A DNA stretch of 64,000 nt, from NCBI GenBank assembly GCA_964016885.1, contig OZ024743.1, forward strand, positions 155,186,001-155,250,000, in the 5' to 3' direction. Position 1 is the stretch's first letter. Each line of letters opens with the position of its first letter. Under the pieces are notes generated by a model that was not told the origin of the DNA, did not search any database, and saw only the letters and a program-made list of their open reading frames with translations. Positions 50,546 to 64,000 of this stretch are shown here, piece after piece. Source of the DNA: Eledone cirrhosa (Eukaryota). A program made the translations under genes and the position numbers.

Positions 50546-52904
50546 TTGTTGTCGCTGTTTTATTGGTTGTATTGGTGTTTTCCTTTATAATATTACTCTT
50601 TATATTCTTAATAGCTGGAGTATGGCAGTGCATTGACACTATCGGAAGTGTTGGACAAAGTACTCTGCAACAAAGAGGTTAGCTATATATTTTATCTTTA
50701 CGAGCTCGGTAGGATAATGTTCCAGAAATGATTTAATCATATTTCCCCATCTCCAAACTAACCTTCTTGAATTAGACCGACTTATATTTATAAAAATATA
50801 TTTTCCATTAGTGATGTTGGTTGCATTTTCACAATCATGATCCGTTAGTCAAGGAAGTAAAGGAAAAATATGCGTTTGCATGATGTCTAAATTGAATAGC
50901 CTACATAATATTTATAAGGCAGGAAACCTAAGCATATGAACGAATAGAAAAAAGACTAAATAAAGCAAAGCATGGCTACACAATAAATATGTTTTTAATT
51001 GACCCGAGAAACGTAGAGCAGATGAATGGTTAAGAAACTGTATCTTTGACAAATCAATGAAATGTACACTACCTTCTTAATATTTTATAGAACTAAAGAT
51101 ACATGTTTATATCTTGGAACTTGCAGGGACTATTTTAAATTTTTAATAATTGCATTACTTTCTACTAAAGTGGAAGGAGAAATGTCATCATTTTAACACG
51201 TAGTTATTTTGAAAGTTTTGGTTTCACATCAGAAAGTGTATCCTAATACTCTAAACATTGACCAAAGAAATTAGGACTGTGCCCCCTTTGAGAACCGAGG
51301 CTAACAGTTATCTTTCAAATCGATCGATTATAATATATGTATTCACGATACTGAAATCATTATTACAATAAAGCATTTATGTTTATTGTAGAAGAATATC
51401 AGGATATATCTTTTTACGAGTTGGAACATTTTTTTTTACATTCGAAATTCATTGATACGATCAATAAAATGATTTTGAAAATCCCGAGTAACAAGTATGC
51501 GTTGACTTTCTTTTTTGCGATCTGATATGAAATAATAATAATCATGTACACTATAAGATTTGAAATATACTTGGGTAAAAATGGTTATATAATAGAAATA
51601 ATCAGTTAGATTAAACAATCGTGTATATGACTCTTATGTTACATTGGCAAACATGGTTATATTAGAAATATTTAATGATTGTTGTCATCAATTCATGAAT
51701 TATAATTCCATGGAAACATAGACATGAACTGACAGTATCAAACAACCCTCCAGGTATATAAAATAGTCAATATTTCAAGCATGACATTAAAATTGATAGA
51801 CACAAATAAACGATGAAAGCTAAACAAAAGTATATACGGCACTGCCTGGACATGTATAGAAAGAGAAGACCTTATTATTATTCAAGGTACCTGTCCTAGA
51901 AACTTTCCAAGGGCACTAGCACTATAAACGATGTAATGTTTTGAAACTAGCTATCAGCTCTAGTTTGCAAACTTCGAAATTAGCACAGCAATATGTCCTT
52001 TTTAATCAATTGTATTATTACCTAGCCCCAATCGCAATAGTATGTGGATAATATTGAATAAGCCCAAAATTAAAAGAAAATCCTGTATTGCCAATATAAG
52101 AATTGCCAAAACTTATGACACTTTATTGAAATTATGGGAAAAAAACATTTTGAACAATACTTGCACACAAAATGAAGCATTAATGAAAACTGCTATATTT
52201 TCAGCGAAGCATTCCAAATTATTCTGTTAATCCATACATCCCATAGTTATTATTTTCACTACCAACTTCATTACAACAAATCCTTCAACACCATTTTCAT
52301 CAAGTCATATTTATCATCCTCAGCGTAATCCTTACCATCATCAACATTGTCACCTCCCTTATCATCAAACCCATCCTCGCAATCATCATCATTGTCACCA
52401 CCATCTTCAATGCTGTCGTTGTTGGGAGTGTCGTATTCATTAACAGTGGCAGTGCTAACAGTATAATCGTCAACATCTTTGTCTTCAGTGTTTCCATCGT
52501 TGACATCGACGTAGTTCTATTCGTAATCAAAATGTTTTTAAATACATCAATAACTCGTTTATAACCCGTTAGGTCCGACATGGTCACATGTTTGCTGACA
52601 TATATGTAGGTAGGTCCTCAACAGTATTTCAATTCATTATACCCGTGCAGAATTATGATAGGATATTTTCCCCCACTTTATGTCATAATTAGCTGAATAT
52701 TTGTTTAGTATTTTTTTCAACCACCGAAAGATAAAGATTCTATTCTAATACTGATAATTTTCATCAACAATAGTTTAGCATGAATACCTTGCAATGCAGT
52801 CAACTCGTTTGAAATTTAGTTGTCATATGAACTGATATAATATGTCTTTGTTCACGAAAATATTTGGCTAATAGGTGCGATAAAAATGCTGTAACAAATA
52901 TAAA

Positions 52905-53950
52905 CAGGGTGTGGACGATATTTGTTCGCAATTTTCAACTGCTAATTTTATGCAATTTATTTTTACTTCCGTTGTCACTCTTGTCTTCATAAAAACAGTG
53001 ACTATATTTCCATTATTTATTTTCAGAATAATTGATTATGAATAATTTTGAACCTCCAAATTTGTGGAAGAGACACGGTGTTCTTCTTGGAATCCGCGCC
53101 GGGAGGACAAATAAGGATATTTCAGACTTTCTCAGCGTCAGCAGGAGAATGGTGGGAAAAGGTCAGAAAGGAATTGGAAGATTCAGAAGCAACATCAGAG
53201 AGGAAAACAAATGATCGACGATCTGACGCCTTCAGAACGCCCGAGTTCGTTGCTGAAGTTCAGGATATCATCAACAAAGAACCTAGCAAGTCGATGCGTG
53301 CCATTGCAAGGGGGAAAGACGTGGATGAAAAGCTCATTAGGCTGGTTTTACATGAAGACATTCGCTACGTTTCATACAAGATGAGGAAAGGAAAATTTCT
53401 GTCAAAAGCGATGCAAGAAAAGTGACTGAAGCACGCAAAGAAGCTGATCAACAAGTTGAAAGATCCACTGGAGTCAGACATGCTTATGGTTTTTCTCCGA
53501 CGAGAAAAACTTCTGCCAAGACCAGAAGATCAACTCCCAGGACAACAGGTGGCTCGCTGTCTCATCCAACGTTCCCAGAGTCATGCAGACAATGTTTCCA
53601 GCGACAACATTGGTCTTAAGTGTCATCATCAGTCAAGGTGACGCATGCCATCTCACCTCTTCCCCGAGGGCCTCAAGCTGAACACAGATGGCTACATGCG
53701 CGTTCTGAGCGAAGTAGTAAAGCCCTGGATCGACCAGGTAGCTGCAGGTAGGCCGTACATGTGGCAGCAAGACTCAGCGCCCTGCCATACCAGCCAAAAG
53801 ACGCAAGCCTGGCTTTCAGAGAACTTCGTCGACAACACTTCACCTGACATCTGGCGTCCCAGCTCGCCTGACTGCCAAACCCTCGACTTCTTTCTGTGGG
53901 GCGCAGTGTAACGAGACACCAACAGATCTCTTAAAATCTGTTATTTTCTA
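52905..53950 (+). mobile_element. Tc1/mariner DD37D (maT) transposon, frameshifted; right end lost
   Basis: Left end CAGGGTGT. HTH motif KSMRAIAR; WFFSDEKNF; QQD followed by 37 aa to LDFFLWG (counted from ORF 53645..53911). Confidence 0.88.
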
Positions 53951-55789
53951 TAATATATTTAATAGCAATCTATTGTATGAAACTTTTATATAAAACATAA
54001 TTATATAAAACATAATTATATAAAACATAATATATAAAGTATCAAATAAATAAATGAAGTCAAAATATTACATTTAAAATAGACTAGTTTAGAGGAAAAT
54101 CACTTCAATAAAATAATATTGTTGACATGATTAAACAGCAAATTGAAATCATTAAATAATAGGGAGAAAAATAAGGATACCAATACATAATTGAAATACA
54201 AGTGAAGGCATTTTATGTTATGTAGAAATAATAACAATTACAATTTTAAGAAACAGAAGATTCTATATTATGTGATCCATCATCGTTCACATTATTTCCT
54301 TGTTGAAAAGTGAGCAACTTCTACATTTCCCATTCATTTTAACAATATAGACAATATCTTATCGACATCTTATTCTATATAGGAGAGAAATGCAACCTGC
54401 ATAACACGTATCATGCTGCCCTTTCAAATGAGCTTTCTTTTTATATGATACTGCATATGCATACACAAAAATATAAAGTTCGAAGATAATGAAGTAAAAA
54501 TAAAGTAATAAATACTTGTCAAAATTAAATAAAAACGTTAAATACTATGTACAAACATAACAATATATAATAAACGTGGAAGAAATGAATATATGGGATA
54601 AAAAAGTGGTAAAATAGCTGCCAAAAGTTCATATAGTACACATAATATAGTACACATTATATATAACATATTATAAACATATTATTTTGGTACCGCCAAT
54701 GGGTTAGTTATCTATATTTCTATAGTAGATACACCATTTATATGACAGAAGCATTCCTTCTTACCTCAATATCTCTAAATCTCAGCTAAAATGTCTATGT
54801 TCAAGATTTCCAACACATTGACAAAATATGAGCACGCTTTTCAACTTGTTATATTTCCCATCAACTGTCCGTATTATCTCTTCAAGCAGCCTCAAATGCT
54901 TCGGCCTCCCTGTCTCTGGCTACAAGGACCTGCTCTATGTCATCATTTGCAACAGCGATCTCAGGTTTGAGGACTACACGTACAAGAAGGTATTGAGATC
55001 TCCGATGATGTCACGCCTCTACGATTGCTGGTCATCACATATGTGCAGCAGTGGGAGTGTAAACCTATTACAACAAACCATTCCTGCTTTTCTTTCTCCA
55101 GGTCTGTGGACTATATTTTCATGCTTAATTCACCCCGCGATTAGGATGTCAAACAATATTGTTTATACAACGCCGATGCATATATACATTTCAGAATTGA
55201 GCATCAGGATAACAGAGAAAGCGTTTCCTTGCTCGAAACTATACCATGAATCTCCCAGAAATTCTTCTCTACTCAGCAGAGCTAAGATAGTCATTACATG
55301 AAACAAGTTTTCCTGGAGAATTAGCTGATGTAGTGACATTATTGACATATTTTCGAAAACATTATTCAATAAAAACGGCTACCCAGCATCTCCCGTTAAA
55401 CACGAGCATTTCAATGTACAACCAATGAGGGCAAGGGCATATGGGGATAGCTTACAGCAATTAGAAATGCCTCACTTTAAGTTCAGAACAACTGCTGCTA
55501 CCCGGTGAGTTATTCATAACGAATGTCTGAATATAAAAATGAAGTGCTCAGAGATGTTATTTCTAAAATACCAACAACACCAATATATGCACACAATCTA
55601 ACAGCCCCATCAACAATGTGGAAAATTGAATGGGATCGTATGGGTTATAAAAGATCAACTTCAAAACATTTCATGGTACATATTTCGGTATTAATGTCCG
55701 TGATTACACATACATACCGAAGACCATACGAAGCCACGTCAATTTTCTGTTAAAAACATGTATATACCTATTGCTATAATTTTGGAGGG

Positions 55790-56525
55790 TTATGCTGCCA
55801 ATATACACATACGCACCAGTTGAGTTTCTTTTAGCGAGTCAAGGTTTTCCGACACACACGCACTAACCCCCATTTTGGACGACTATGAGTTCTTCGCATT
55901 TCTTCCTCGACATGAAATGGGATGCGGAGTGGCAGTGCTGTTGAGGGAAGACCTCCATTTCAAGGTACGGAACATTTTCTGGACACGGACGTAAGTTCGT
56001 AGTTCTGAAAGTGAACAATTGCATCGACCTGTACTGGTCAGCCTGAATTCTTCATGTCTCTAGAAGAATTTCCAGTAATTTTGGGCCCTTTACTGCCAGC
56101 GGCGGGTGGGGGGACGGCATATTAAATGTACACGGGGATTGTGAGGTAGAAGCTGATAGAAGCGAGAGGTGAAAATGCCTCAATAACCTTCTGAGTTACT
56201 TTCAACAGACAGACACGTACCGACTACTAGATTTCCCGAATTTGCCAGTAAAAATCTGGAGCAAACGCAAAGTCGTCTAGATCGTATGTAGAGAGAATTT
56301 ATTTTTGTTTTTATTAAATCAGCAGATAGGGATAGGATAGGCTGTCCTCCACTCACAATTTCCACATATTAAGATTACAAATCCATGCTCTGCAGCGTCG
56401 ATCATGAAAGAACACATAGGCAAGCACTTGGTACTGGAAGTTTGAAACCTCGTTCTCGCAAACCCTCACCGGTCCTGTCTTTTGTATTCTCCTATGTGTC
56501 CGCCATAGTGGTCAATAAAGACATT
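55790..56525 (+). mobile_element. Highly decayed, internally deleted Tx1 remnant (APE region and 3' end)
   Basis: Nucleotide similarity to 47.5-48.2k (GGATAGGCTGTCC, TACTGGAAGTTTGAA) and a 3' GGTCAATAAAGAC end. Confidence 0.6.
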
Positions 56526-57384
56526 TTATTTTAATTAACTTTCTAAATATTATTGTTATTATTATTAAGAATTAAAAAAATAATAATAATAATTTTAATT
56601 TTGTATTAGCATCTAATCTTCAATATCCGTATTTTATTTGATTATATTTTATTTTATCTTTTTTTATTTTTATATTTATTTTATCCTTCTATATATTCTT
56701 CATATTATATAGACATTGCTTTTATATATGTTATCTCTTAATGTATTTGATATATGTAAACCTCGTACGTGCTGCAATGTATAATGGTTTGATACCGGGT
56801 GAATTTCAATGATTGTATTTATTGTAAAGATTTTATTACCGTAGTAATGAATATAATACTTTTTAACATGGTTATTGACATTTTGGTTTATCATAATTTC
56901 GATCATAATTATTTTATTATAATATTTTTTGTGATTATGATAATTTTTGTTTTCATTATCCTCATGCATAATTATTATTATTTTCCTTAATCATGTGGTT
57001 AGTATTAGTAGCGTTATTAATGGCATGACAATTAATGGGGAGTAACACTTGTATTCCATATAATCTGTGTCAAGTCGGTTGCTCACGCTACACTTGTTAT
57101 ACAGGATACGGTCCACCACAAGTGGATGGTCCGTGTATTTTTATTGATAAACTATTTGGACAGCTGAATATGATTCCCACCTGTAATGGTTGGTGTACAT
57201 TCAACTTAAGGTTTTCGCCAATTTCTTATTATATTTAATCTAGTCCGACCCGGGGCCCACATATCTTGGTTTGTTGTAGTTTGTGTTAAGACCGTGACAT
57301 GAAATCGTTTCACCATCAATTAATAGAGATGTATACACGTTCAGTCGAATAGGCTTTCTATTTCATTATTAAATTATTTAAATA

Positions 57385-57570
57385 ATGGATTAGCAGTATC
57401 GGTAGAGAGTCGGAGGCCATGCTTTGACGCATACAGTTACGGCCCTTGCCATTCTCTGCTCAAATCACGCCGAGGTTAACGTTGCCTTTCATCATTAAGG
57501 GGTCGATAAAATAAAGTATCAGTAATACACTGGTTTAATTGTTAGCCTCGTGCCAAAAGTAGAAACAATT
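57385..57570 (+). mobile_element. tRNA-derived SINE, most complete copy
   Basis: TAGCAGTATCGGTAGAG..CTCAAATCACGCCGAGGTTAACGTTGCCTTTCATCATTAAGGGGTCGATAAAATAAAGTA. Confidence 0.78.
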
Positions 57571-59019
57571 ACTTAATTATTTAATTAATAACCTACACTT
57601 CATGATTTTTATCCACTGTTCGTAATTATTTACCTTTTATAATTCATTTACTTCTTATTGATTCATCTACATTAGTAGCATTATTGCCGATATTGCAATT
57701 ATTGTAACTTAACCTTATGTGTTACGAGGGTTAATATAACTTTCACTAGGTAGATTGGACATAGATCGCATTACATCATAAATCGATTGCTAAGCTGTTC
57801 TCTTTGAGAACTACTCGGACGCCGGGATTTTATTCCTATGTGGAGTGTTTGGAATAAATTGAACATTGTGTTCACATAATATCCCATATTCTCATATTAT
57901 AGTGAACCTACTTGGAACCATGGAGTGATTTCCTCGAACCTGGAGAATCGAGGATCCTGGGTGTGTCAAACTTCTGATAAAGACATGCTATAGGATATTT
58001 TCAACATCAACATAGTATAGACACATAGAAGAACATACGAAAAGAATCCTTAAACAATGACACTCTATGTTAATTTTCTTTTACATTCAATTACTTAAAT
58101 TATAATTATAATTATTCACTTTTAGTAAACATAATCTTAAAAACGTTTTACATTTTACGAATTACGTTTTTTTTCTATAATCCTTATAAACTCTATAGTT
58201 TTTTTAACTTAATATCTTTAAGAGATTCATCATCACGCGACGCTGGTCTTCAGCCGAGGAGCAGCACTACTAACATAGACTAATAGCGTCTTCAATCATT
58301 GTTAATGACATTACATTTCTGGTAATTACGTGGCTGTGCGATAAGCTGTAATTGATAGTGTCACATATCAGCCCATGGTAGGAATACATCGCTGTCAAGC
58401 CTCCACCATCAGTGGTCGCTCCTCTTAACCCACAATGCATAGCGTTGTTGATTATGTGGAAAATGCAATCCGCCCATCCTAGTGATCGAACCGCTCGTTG
58501 AGCCGTCTCTGTATTAATCTTTTTTAAATATTTGTCTGTAACACACTGGGGATTACTGCATATGTTTACGTCACTGATCGCCTTGCGTCATGATCTGATG
58601 ACGTATACCGGCTATAGAAATAGACATTGTGTATGTATATACGCAATATTGCTTTGAAACAAATATTTTGAAATTTTCAACATTTTCATTATTCATGTAA
58701 ACAATATTTCTTATTTAGTTAATTTATAATATTATAATACTTATTTTTGAAAAGGGAAAGTAAATATCTATCAATTCGACAGTTAGCATATGGTGACGAG
58801 CATGTCTGAGAAAATATGTTGGATTCTCAAATTAATAGTTGGCGTATCATTCGGCCCAAATATTATGGAGGGTCTTCTTTTCAGAGAGAATTATATAGGG
58901 ACAGAGTTACAGTTAAAAAAAAAATATATTCTACAAATAGCATTTCAAAACAACTTATAGAAACAAACCTTCTAGTGCCGATATACACACGTCCGCCGAA
59001 TAACAAAAACAATTAACAA

Positions 59020-61020
59020 CAGATTACAACCAATAAATTCCCCAAAATGCGGACACCTTCCGGGGATGACTTTAGGAACCCGACACATTGTAAGCCAACT
59101 TCATCTCAAAGAGTACCCTAGGAAGGTGGTCCTCTCTAAATTTGTCCGGCACAGGTTCAGGATAGGAACAGCCTTGCCACATTCATCCCTGTTTTGACAA
59201 ATGTACTGAGGGTAGAAATTCTCCATCCCCCCTCACGTTCCTTTCGACTGGGTCCACCACACCACCTCTTTCGCTACTGCCATCAGACAGAGTAAAATCG
59301 CATTCTTTTCCCGGCTCGAAATTGCGGTGTGTCAATCGTCACTATGGACTCGGTCGATACCCAACCCGTTCTACAAGCTACAACAGCACTTCAATATAAA
59401 TCCACAAGTCAGTAATGCACGGATACTGCGTGGTTTCTTCGCTCTGAATGCATCTCGGGTAGGTCTGTCTGACAGCACGTTCGTGCTTCTAGAGATTATA
59501 TCCAACCGGCAGTGCCGTAGCAATTCCTAGCTAGGGATTTCTGGAAGTTATCTGTAATCCCCAGCACGAAAGTTCTCTGGAACAGACCGGTCAGTTCGAT
59601 TTCGTCTCACACCAGAACCTCTCTCAGTGCGGGGTCGCACTAGCCTACAACTAATAACCACTAATACTCTATAGTACTTGGGAGTGGAATTTCCACTCAC
59701 CGCATTTCCCAACTGGTATAAGGCAGTGAGCACCTGGAAATATTCCAGATGCCAAGCACCCAGTCTCGGTCTCTTTTTAACCCTGGACTGCAGCTCAGTC
59801 AAAGAGTCGAACTGAGGAAATGCCTGCCATACAACCAGCATCTCTTCAACGTTTAGGCAGAACATGTGGAGATGCCCTGTTCTCAACCCATGTTAACGCG
59901 TCATTAGACACGTCATGCCGAGCTCTCCACGTTGAAGGTGCTAGAGGTAGATGGACCGCCTTACCAAAGGAATCAGTCTCTTCCAGATGGAGGTGAAGAG
60001 GACCCCTCCCAATTTGGCAAGGCGTGAACGAGGGCTAGGCATGACGGTTAGGTGCTATTTAATGATGGACGCGATGTACGCGTTGTGCACCTCCACCCGA
60101 CAGTGCAGGGATAGAGCTTCTCGGCAAATTTCCAGGTCAGAATGGCTATCCTGTCCCAATTCTTATCCACATGGATGTCTTGTCCGAACCAAACACCGAG
60201 CAACTATACTGGTCCGCGCATCCATCATCCTACGACGCTGTTGAACAGCATGGACTTGCCACTACATGTGCGAAGCTGCAAGCCTACTGATTCTTCCGGG
60301 TTAAATGATAATCCCGTCAAACTTTCATATTCCTCCAATAACATGCTGTCCATCTCGGTTTCCGAGGTTTCAGAGACCATCACGCTGATGTCGTCTGCAT
60401 ATGTGGGCTGTTTATGCCTTTGCGCGTCCTGTTTCGAGCGAGATGCCCTGCAACAGTCCAGATGTACAAAAGGAAGGAGAGAAGGCACCCTTAATGAAAC
60501 GACCGGGAGATGTCAAACCCTTCCGAAATATTGTCATTAACGTTGTCCACCGTTAAACCTTTCGATTGATCTAAAGTGGTCAACGCCCAACTGATGACAA
60601 GTTTACACCCTATCCTCACTATGATGTAGCACATTTGGTGGCGGTTGTCGTGTATACACCTGGTAGGTAATTTGCAACTTTACGCCTTCTCAACCAAATC
60701 CTCGATAACAAGCACCAACCTATTCGGTAACACCTTAGCTAAAATATTAAACCCTGTTTAGAAAAATTACGGGCCTGGAGTTGTGTAACATACCCCCTTG
60801 TGCTCGTCTTTCGTCATCAGTGTCACTACGTCCGGTCTCAGAGAACAGGGAATACCTCCGATCAGCAGCCAGTTGTAGTTGAACGCTTTGAGAAAATCGT
60901 AGAACAAGTCTGGCATATCTACGTAATGCTCGTAAGGATGATCATCCAAACCGGGTAACTTCCACCTTGTGGAGCCTAGTAGGGCATCCTAAATCTCGGC
61001 TAAAGTTGTCAGCTTTTCAC
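59020..61020 (-). mobile_element. Older diverged Tx1-family copy (RT to 3' UTR)
   Basis: YADDISVMVS, GLQLRTCSGKSM, LTELQSRVKKRPR and LDDHPYE match motifs of the plus-strand copies. Confidence 0.82.
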
Positions 61021-61163
61021 AAGTGTGTAATGTTGCTCTGTTTGCGTGTGTTTGAAAGCGGGAGAGAGAGAGAGAGGGAGAGAGAGAGAAAGAGAGAGAG
61101 AGGGGGATATATATATATCAGCTCCTGATTATTTACTTGATTTCTATAAGAATATAGCATCAA

Positions 61164-61258
61164 TGATCTCGGTAGACAGGAGGGGTAGTTGGCCTTGATA
61201 AGCTTCAACCAAAGCGAAACAAGACTTGTCGGCTTATCTCCCCTGTTTGCTGAGATCA
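61164..61258 (+). ncRNA. Full type I hammerhead ribozyme, U3-A8 core variant; predicted cleavage after 61230
   Basis: GCC TTGATAA GCTT-CAACCA-AAGC GAA ACAAG-A-CTTGT C^ GGC, plus a ~24 bp stem I extension (GATCTCGGTAGACAGGAGGGGTAG / TTATCTCCCCTGTTTGCTGAGATC) across a TTG bulge. Confidence 0.85.
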
Positions 61259-61479
61259 AAGTAAGTGAATTTGTCACTACTTAAAAACAATAGCTTACGG
61301 TCTTCAAAATGCTTTTAATTAAGCATAAAGTGTATTGCGAAATACATTATATATACATCCATATATATATTGCTATTTCAGAGCTCCAATTCTAATTTTT
61401 AATTTCTGCCTGACCAACAACCGCTCTGCATAATCAGCTCCTGGTTATTTACTAGATCTCTATAAGAATATAACATCAA

Positions 61480-61574
61480 TGATCTCGGTAGACAGGAGGG
61501 GTAGTTGGCCTTGATAAGCTTCAACCAAAGCGAAACCAGACTTGTCGGCTTATCTCCCCTGTTTGCTGAGATCA
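61480..61574 (+). ncRNA. Second U3-A8 hammerhead; predicted cleavage after 61546
   Basis: Identical to the first except one A>C change in helix III. Confidence 0.8.
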
Positions 61575-61726
61575 AAGTAAGTGAATTTGTCACTACTTTA
61601 AAACAATAGCTTACGGTCTTCAAAATGCTTTTAATTAAGCATAAAGTGTATTGCAAAATACATTATATATACATCCATATATATATTGCTATTTCAGAGC
61701 TCCAATTCTAATATATATATACATAT

Positions 61727-61899
<173 letters not shown>

Positions 61900-62438
61900 G
61901 TTTGGGCGACTGGTGGTGTTAAAGACCGCTGCTGATGTTATTGCTACTTCTGTTGCTGGTGGTGGTGATGTCTGTTTTTCTGTTACTGCTGTTTGCGGTG
62001 TTTTTTTTTTCTTTTTTTTTTTTTGCCCATCGCTGGTCTCGGCTCTGAAAATCTCAAATTGGCAGATAACCTTTCAAGAAAGAAAGATATTCGACTGAAT
62101 TATCCACTATCCCCGACTTAATTCAAACGGCAGACTTATCATGTGATTAGCTTCCCACAGAAAGGTAGAGGTATATAGACTAAAGCAAACGCGACTAGCA
62201 GACATTTCAGTAGAAATTCTGACTTTTGAGAAAGATTCCAGATGATTGGAGATGTTCAATGCTCATGCTGAGTTTTACTCAATGAAACTGCCGTAGGGAA
62301 ACTAAGTAAATGGGTAAATATTTATTATCTTATATATTGCGCTATAATGGATAATCGCATTTAAAGTCCGTTAAAAGTTCTTGGCACTACCACTATTACC
62401 ATCGCTTTCCTCTAGCCATAGGTATTGGACACATGAGC

Positions 62439-62993
62439 CGAATGCTACCATTCTGTTATACATCAATGTGAACTGCTATTTCTAATAGCCATCTTTTCAT
62501 CTGTTAATAATTTGTGTGTGAGACACATTGGTTGGGTGCTTTTGACGGGAACGAAAATATTGATTGTTTTAGCTTCCCGCGACCACGTAAAATTGGTAAA
62601 TCGGTGGCTAGTTGAGAGATAGAATCTTATCGGGTACCAGTTGGTAATCGCTCTAACGTGTAAGCCGTCACAAACAGACATGACCGGCATGGACTGGTGT
62701 TCCGATTCTGTCGATCGATTGGTTATTGATTAGGCGTAATCCGCTAATGAAGCCCCATAAGCCGATTGTGCTTTGTTGCATAATACATGCAGACGGATGG
62801 TGCAGTGCTCCTTACTGCTGCATTAGTGCGGCAGAAACTCGAGTCGGGGCACCATTATAGGCACCCGTTTAACGTGTGCTGTGTTGAAGCAAATCACTAT
62901 GTGTAGACTGTGGAAATGTATTTTATATTGCCCATGGAGTACGGTGAGATAAAACCGGTACTGGCATTGATAAATATGCTGTGTCCGTCAACT

Positions 62994-62998
<5 letters not shown>
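62439..62998 (+). mobile_element. Second copy of the ~570 bp hammerhead-bearing element
   Basis: Reverse complement of 2475-3049. CTAATGA AGCC..GCGGCA GAAACTCGAGTC at 62740-62849; ends at (TA)n. Confidence 0.7.
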
Positions 62999-63037
<39 letters not shown>

Positions 63038-63624
63038 GATATTAAATGAATGGAAACTATACTTATAAAACCATATTTATTTCATTATACATATTTCAGG
63101 GATACCAAATTAAAATATGGTATGCCTTCATCAGACAAAATACAATATATAAACAGTTTTATAAATAATTTTGACATACACTATCAGATGCGACCATTAT
63201 TTTTGGAAGCTGTCTGGATAGTGAGATGTTTATAATTATTTTATTAGTTATAGTGTTAAGCACAGTTATAAAAAAGACGGAGAGAAAGAATAAACAGAGA
63301 GAGACAAGGAGAGAGATAAAGAAGGAGAGAGAGAAAAGTAAGATATATATAAATAGATAGGAGGAAATGAAAAAGAAAGAAGAAATAAAGAAATAAGAAA
63401 GACAAAAGAAAGCAACAGAGAGATAATAATTCATCATACAGATAGAAAAACTCAAGAGAGAGGAGGATATTGTGACAACTTTACGTCATGTCTTATTAAG
63501 TTGAATTAACAATGCATATGAAATGAGTAATAAAAATTTAAATATCAATATTCATGAATGAGACAGATATATAATATGAGAAAATAACATTGTTCAATAA
63601 TGACCATATGTTTAGTTTAAAACC
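63038..63624 (-). mobile_element. Penelope 3' UTR/pLTR fragment with a hammerhead (63079-63141)
   Basis: Homologous to 8880-9680. ATTTTGT CTGATGA AGGCATACCA..TGGTATCCCT GAAA TATGTA TA^ ATGAAAT. (TA)n on both sides. Confidence 0.85.

Positions 63625-64000
<376 letters not shown>

Larger units (their letters stand above)
61117..61712 (+). mobile_element. Retrozyme-like element: ~1.9 tandem copies of a 316 bp unit, each with a type I hammerhead
   Basis: 61117-61396 repeats at 61433-61712; (TA)n on both sides; non-coding. Confidence 0.85.

Noticed and set aside
54760-55760. ORF 54828..55301 as a host gene, or a minus-strand ancient RT relic
   Set aside because: No recognisable domain or splice structure; RT-like hints are too decayed to support.
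58225-58500. Possible RTE-like 3' end with a (GAT)n tail on the minus strand
   Set aside because: Only a short tail and base composition support it; no readable motif.
58588-58635. CTGATGA..TATA..TATA GAAA TAGACA TT possible hammerhead
   Set aside because: Stem I does not pair and helix III is not palindromic. At best a very old relic.

Overview
AT-rich, microsatellite-rich eukaryotic repeat DNA. It is probably cephalopod (Octopus-like); this is an inference from the SINE and the repeat spectrum. I can support no host gene and no intact CDS. The window is a nest of decayed mobile elements: L1/Tx1-clade APE LINEs, three R4/Dong-type RLE retrotransposon families, a Penelope-like (GIY-YIG) element with many solo or fold-back pLTRs, non-autonomous Helitrons carrying a captured CRE-type LINE end, tRNA-derived SINEs and a DD37D maT transposon. 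A near-identical ~12.6 kb tandem duplication covers 4138-16707 / 16708-29343. The main hidden signal is RNA structure: about 20 type I hammerhead ribozyme motifs of at least three architectures, counting duplicated and degenerate copies. These include a 316-nt tandem retrozyme-like unit whose core has the compensatory U3-A8 pair, and fold-back palindromes with a hammerhead on each strand. In addition, Tx1 and Dong elements sit in the same (TAA)n tracts with fixed opposite polarity.
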